From contig NW_027362764.1 of assembly GCF_046119375.1 (NCBI RefSeq), forward strand, positions 802,466,001-802,530,000: a stretch of DNA of 64,000 nucleotides, written 5' to 3'. Made by a program: the position numbers and the translations under genes. Shown here piece by piece: positions 61,803 to 64,000 of this stretch. This DNA comes from Phyllobates terribilis. Taxonomy: Eukaryota. The notes under the pieces are model-generated. The model was not told where the DNA came from. It did no database searches and saw only the letters and a program-made list of their open reading frames with translations. Within the stretch, counting starts at the first letter, position 1. Every line of letters begins with the position of its first letter.

Positions 61803-62204
61803 TGTCTAGTGGCCTTGTGTGAACATGCATTTTGCATGCACATCAATTTATGTTTCAGTTCAGACTTCTAGGTTTTTTCTTTAAAGTTAGCCACATGTCT
61901 GGGCCGCACAGAGCCTCATGATTGGGCTTCAGAATTTACCACAAAAATGAGCCTCAATCTGCTCAGTAAATGTTAAAGTAACACTCAGAGTTTTTTACTG
62001 TTGTCCCCCAGTCTGTTTACTCCATCCATTGGACGGCACATGGTGTTAATACTGCACATGGTCTCTGTGAAGGTCTGCTGTCCAGCTGCGTCTCATCAGT
62101 TGGCTCCTTCGGGTGGGGCTAGTCTGACAATTGAGATTTACCACCCAAAGGAAAGGTTTATCCTTCATTCAGATGGATTATTCTTTTAAATAAAAATCTG
62201 AGCG

Positions 62205-63745
62205 CAGTGCCTCACAGCGCCTCATAAAGCCTCTTTGCGCTTCACAAAGAGCACATCATAGTGCTTTATATCGCATCATAGTGCCTCACAGCGCCTCATG
62301 GCACATCATAGCGCTTCATAGCACATCATAGTGCCTCATAGCATAGCGCTTTATAGCACATCATAGTGCCTCATGGCACATCATATTGCCTCATAGCATA
62401 GCGCTTTATAGCATGTCATAGTGCCTCATAGCATAGCGCTTTATAGCACATCATAGTGTCTCACAGCGCTTCATGGCACATCATAGCGCTTCATAGCACA
62501 TCATAGTGCTTCATAGCATAGCACTTTATAGCACATCATAGTGCCTCGAGCGCTTCATAGCACATCATAGTGCCTCACAGCGCCTCATAAAGCCTCTTTG
62601 CGCTTTACAAAGAGCACATCATAGTGCTTTACATCGCATCATAGTGTCTCACGGCACCTCATGGCACATCATAGCGCTTCATAGCACATCATATTGCCTC
62701 ATAGCATAGCGCTATATAGCACATCATAGTGCCTCATGGCACATCATTTTGCCTCATAGCATAGCGCTTTATAGCATGTCATAGTGCCTCATAGCATAGC
62801 GCTTTATAGCACATCATAGTGTCTCACAGCGCTTCATGGCACATCATAGCGCTTCATAGCACATCATAGTGCTTCATAGCATAGCACTTTATAGCACATC
62901 ATAGTGCCTCGAGCGCTTCATAGCACATCATAGTGCCTCATAGCGCCACATGGCACATCATGGCATAGCGCCTCATAGCACATCATAGTGCCTCATAGCA
63001 TAGCACTTCATAGCACATCATAGTGCCTCATGGCACATCATAGCATTGTGCCTCATAGCATAGCGCTTTATAGCACATCATAGTGCCTCATGGCACATCA
63101 TAGTGCCTCATAGCACATCGAAGTGCCTCATAGCACATCATAGCATTGTGCCTCATAGCATAGCACTTCATAGCACATCATAGTGTCTCATGGCACATCA
63201 TAGCATAGCGCTTTATAGCACATCATAGTGCCTCACAGCGCCTCATGGCACATCATAGCATAGCGCTTCACAGCACAGCTTAGCGCCTCATGGCACATCA
63301 TAGCATAGTGCCTCATGGCACAGCATAGTGCCTCATGGCATAGCGCTTCATAGCACAGCATAGTGCCTCATGGCACATCATAGCATAGTGCCTCATGGCA
63401 CATCATAGCATAGTGCCTCATGGCACATCATAGTGCCTCATAGCACATAATAGTGCCTCATAGCACCTCACAGTGCCTCATAGTGCTTCACAGTGCCTCA
63501 TAGCACATTATAGTGCCTCATAACGCATCATATTGCCTCATAGCACTTCACAGTGCCTCATAACGCATCATAGTGTCTCATAGCACATCATAGTGCCGTA
63601 TAGCGTCTCATAGTGCTTTATAGTGCCTCATGGCATAGTGCCTCATAGCACTTCATAGCGCCTTATGGCTCTTCATAGCGCTTCATAGCATAACATATCA
63701 TAGTGACTCATAGCATATCATAGTGCCTTATGGTTCATTCATGGT
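62205..63745. repeat. Short-period (10/20-bp) degenerate satellite
   Basis: ATAGTGCCTC / ATAGCACATC / ATAGCGCTTC units; a 363-bp block is duplicated (62220 versus 62583). Confidence 0.92.
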
Positions 63746-64000
63746 GCATTATAGCGCCTGCAAAGGCGGATTATAATGAGGGCAATCTGGGCTACCGCCC
63801 GAGGCCCCAGGGGGCCCATGAATTGCTCCCATTATAATGCGCATTTTTTTCGGTCACAGGCACAGCCGCGCTGGCCGAAGGTTAGATGATCACGGTCACC
63901 GCTGCGGGCCCGCAGCTGTAGGCGGTTTGAATCATGCTGTGTCGCCCCGCCCTGCCAGTGCCACATGACGCTCCCATCTGGCTCTGCAGCTGTCTATTCA

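Noticed and set aside
45700-64000. Exons of a next syntenic gene (MROH6 in human)
   Set aside because: No recognisable coding exons; the ORFs here are repeat-derived or uninformative.

Overview
Vertebrate genomic DNA, most likely a frog (inferred from the Xenopus-like EEF1D sequence and the repeat content). It holds the TIGD5-EEF1D-NAPRT cluster, which is syntenic with mammals. TIGD5 (single coding exon, minus strand) lies head-to-head with EEF1D (plus strand; 7 core coding exons plus the large N-terminal 'long isoform' exon). NAPRT (minus strand, 13 exons, 542 aa as I assembled it, with one probable GC-AG intron) converges on EEF1D. Introns and intergenic DNA carry large minisatellites (52, 65, 86, 57 and 45 bp units) and Tc1, CR1, L2 and Penelope-like remnants. 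The most unusual object starts about 290 bp upstream of the NAPRT promoter. It is a 10.4-kb LTR retroelement with 1.2-kb LTRs, a CTTC target-site duplication, a tRNA-Ser PBS and a PPT. It has no recognisable gag or pol, but carries one sense-strand ORF (broken by a single frameshift) ending in a clear cold-shock domain. A near-complete DIRS1-type element is nested inside it, and an L2 3' fragment is nested inside the DIRS. No CRISPR arrays or RNA genes were found, and I recognised no host gene right of 35 kb. All coordinates were derived by hand.
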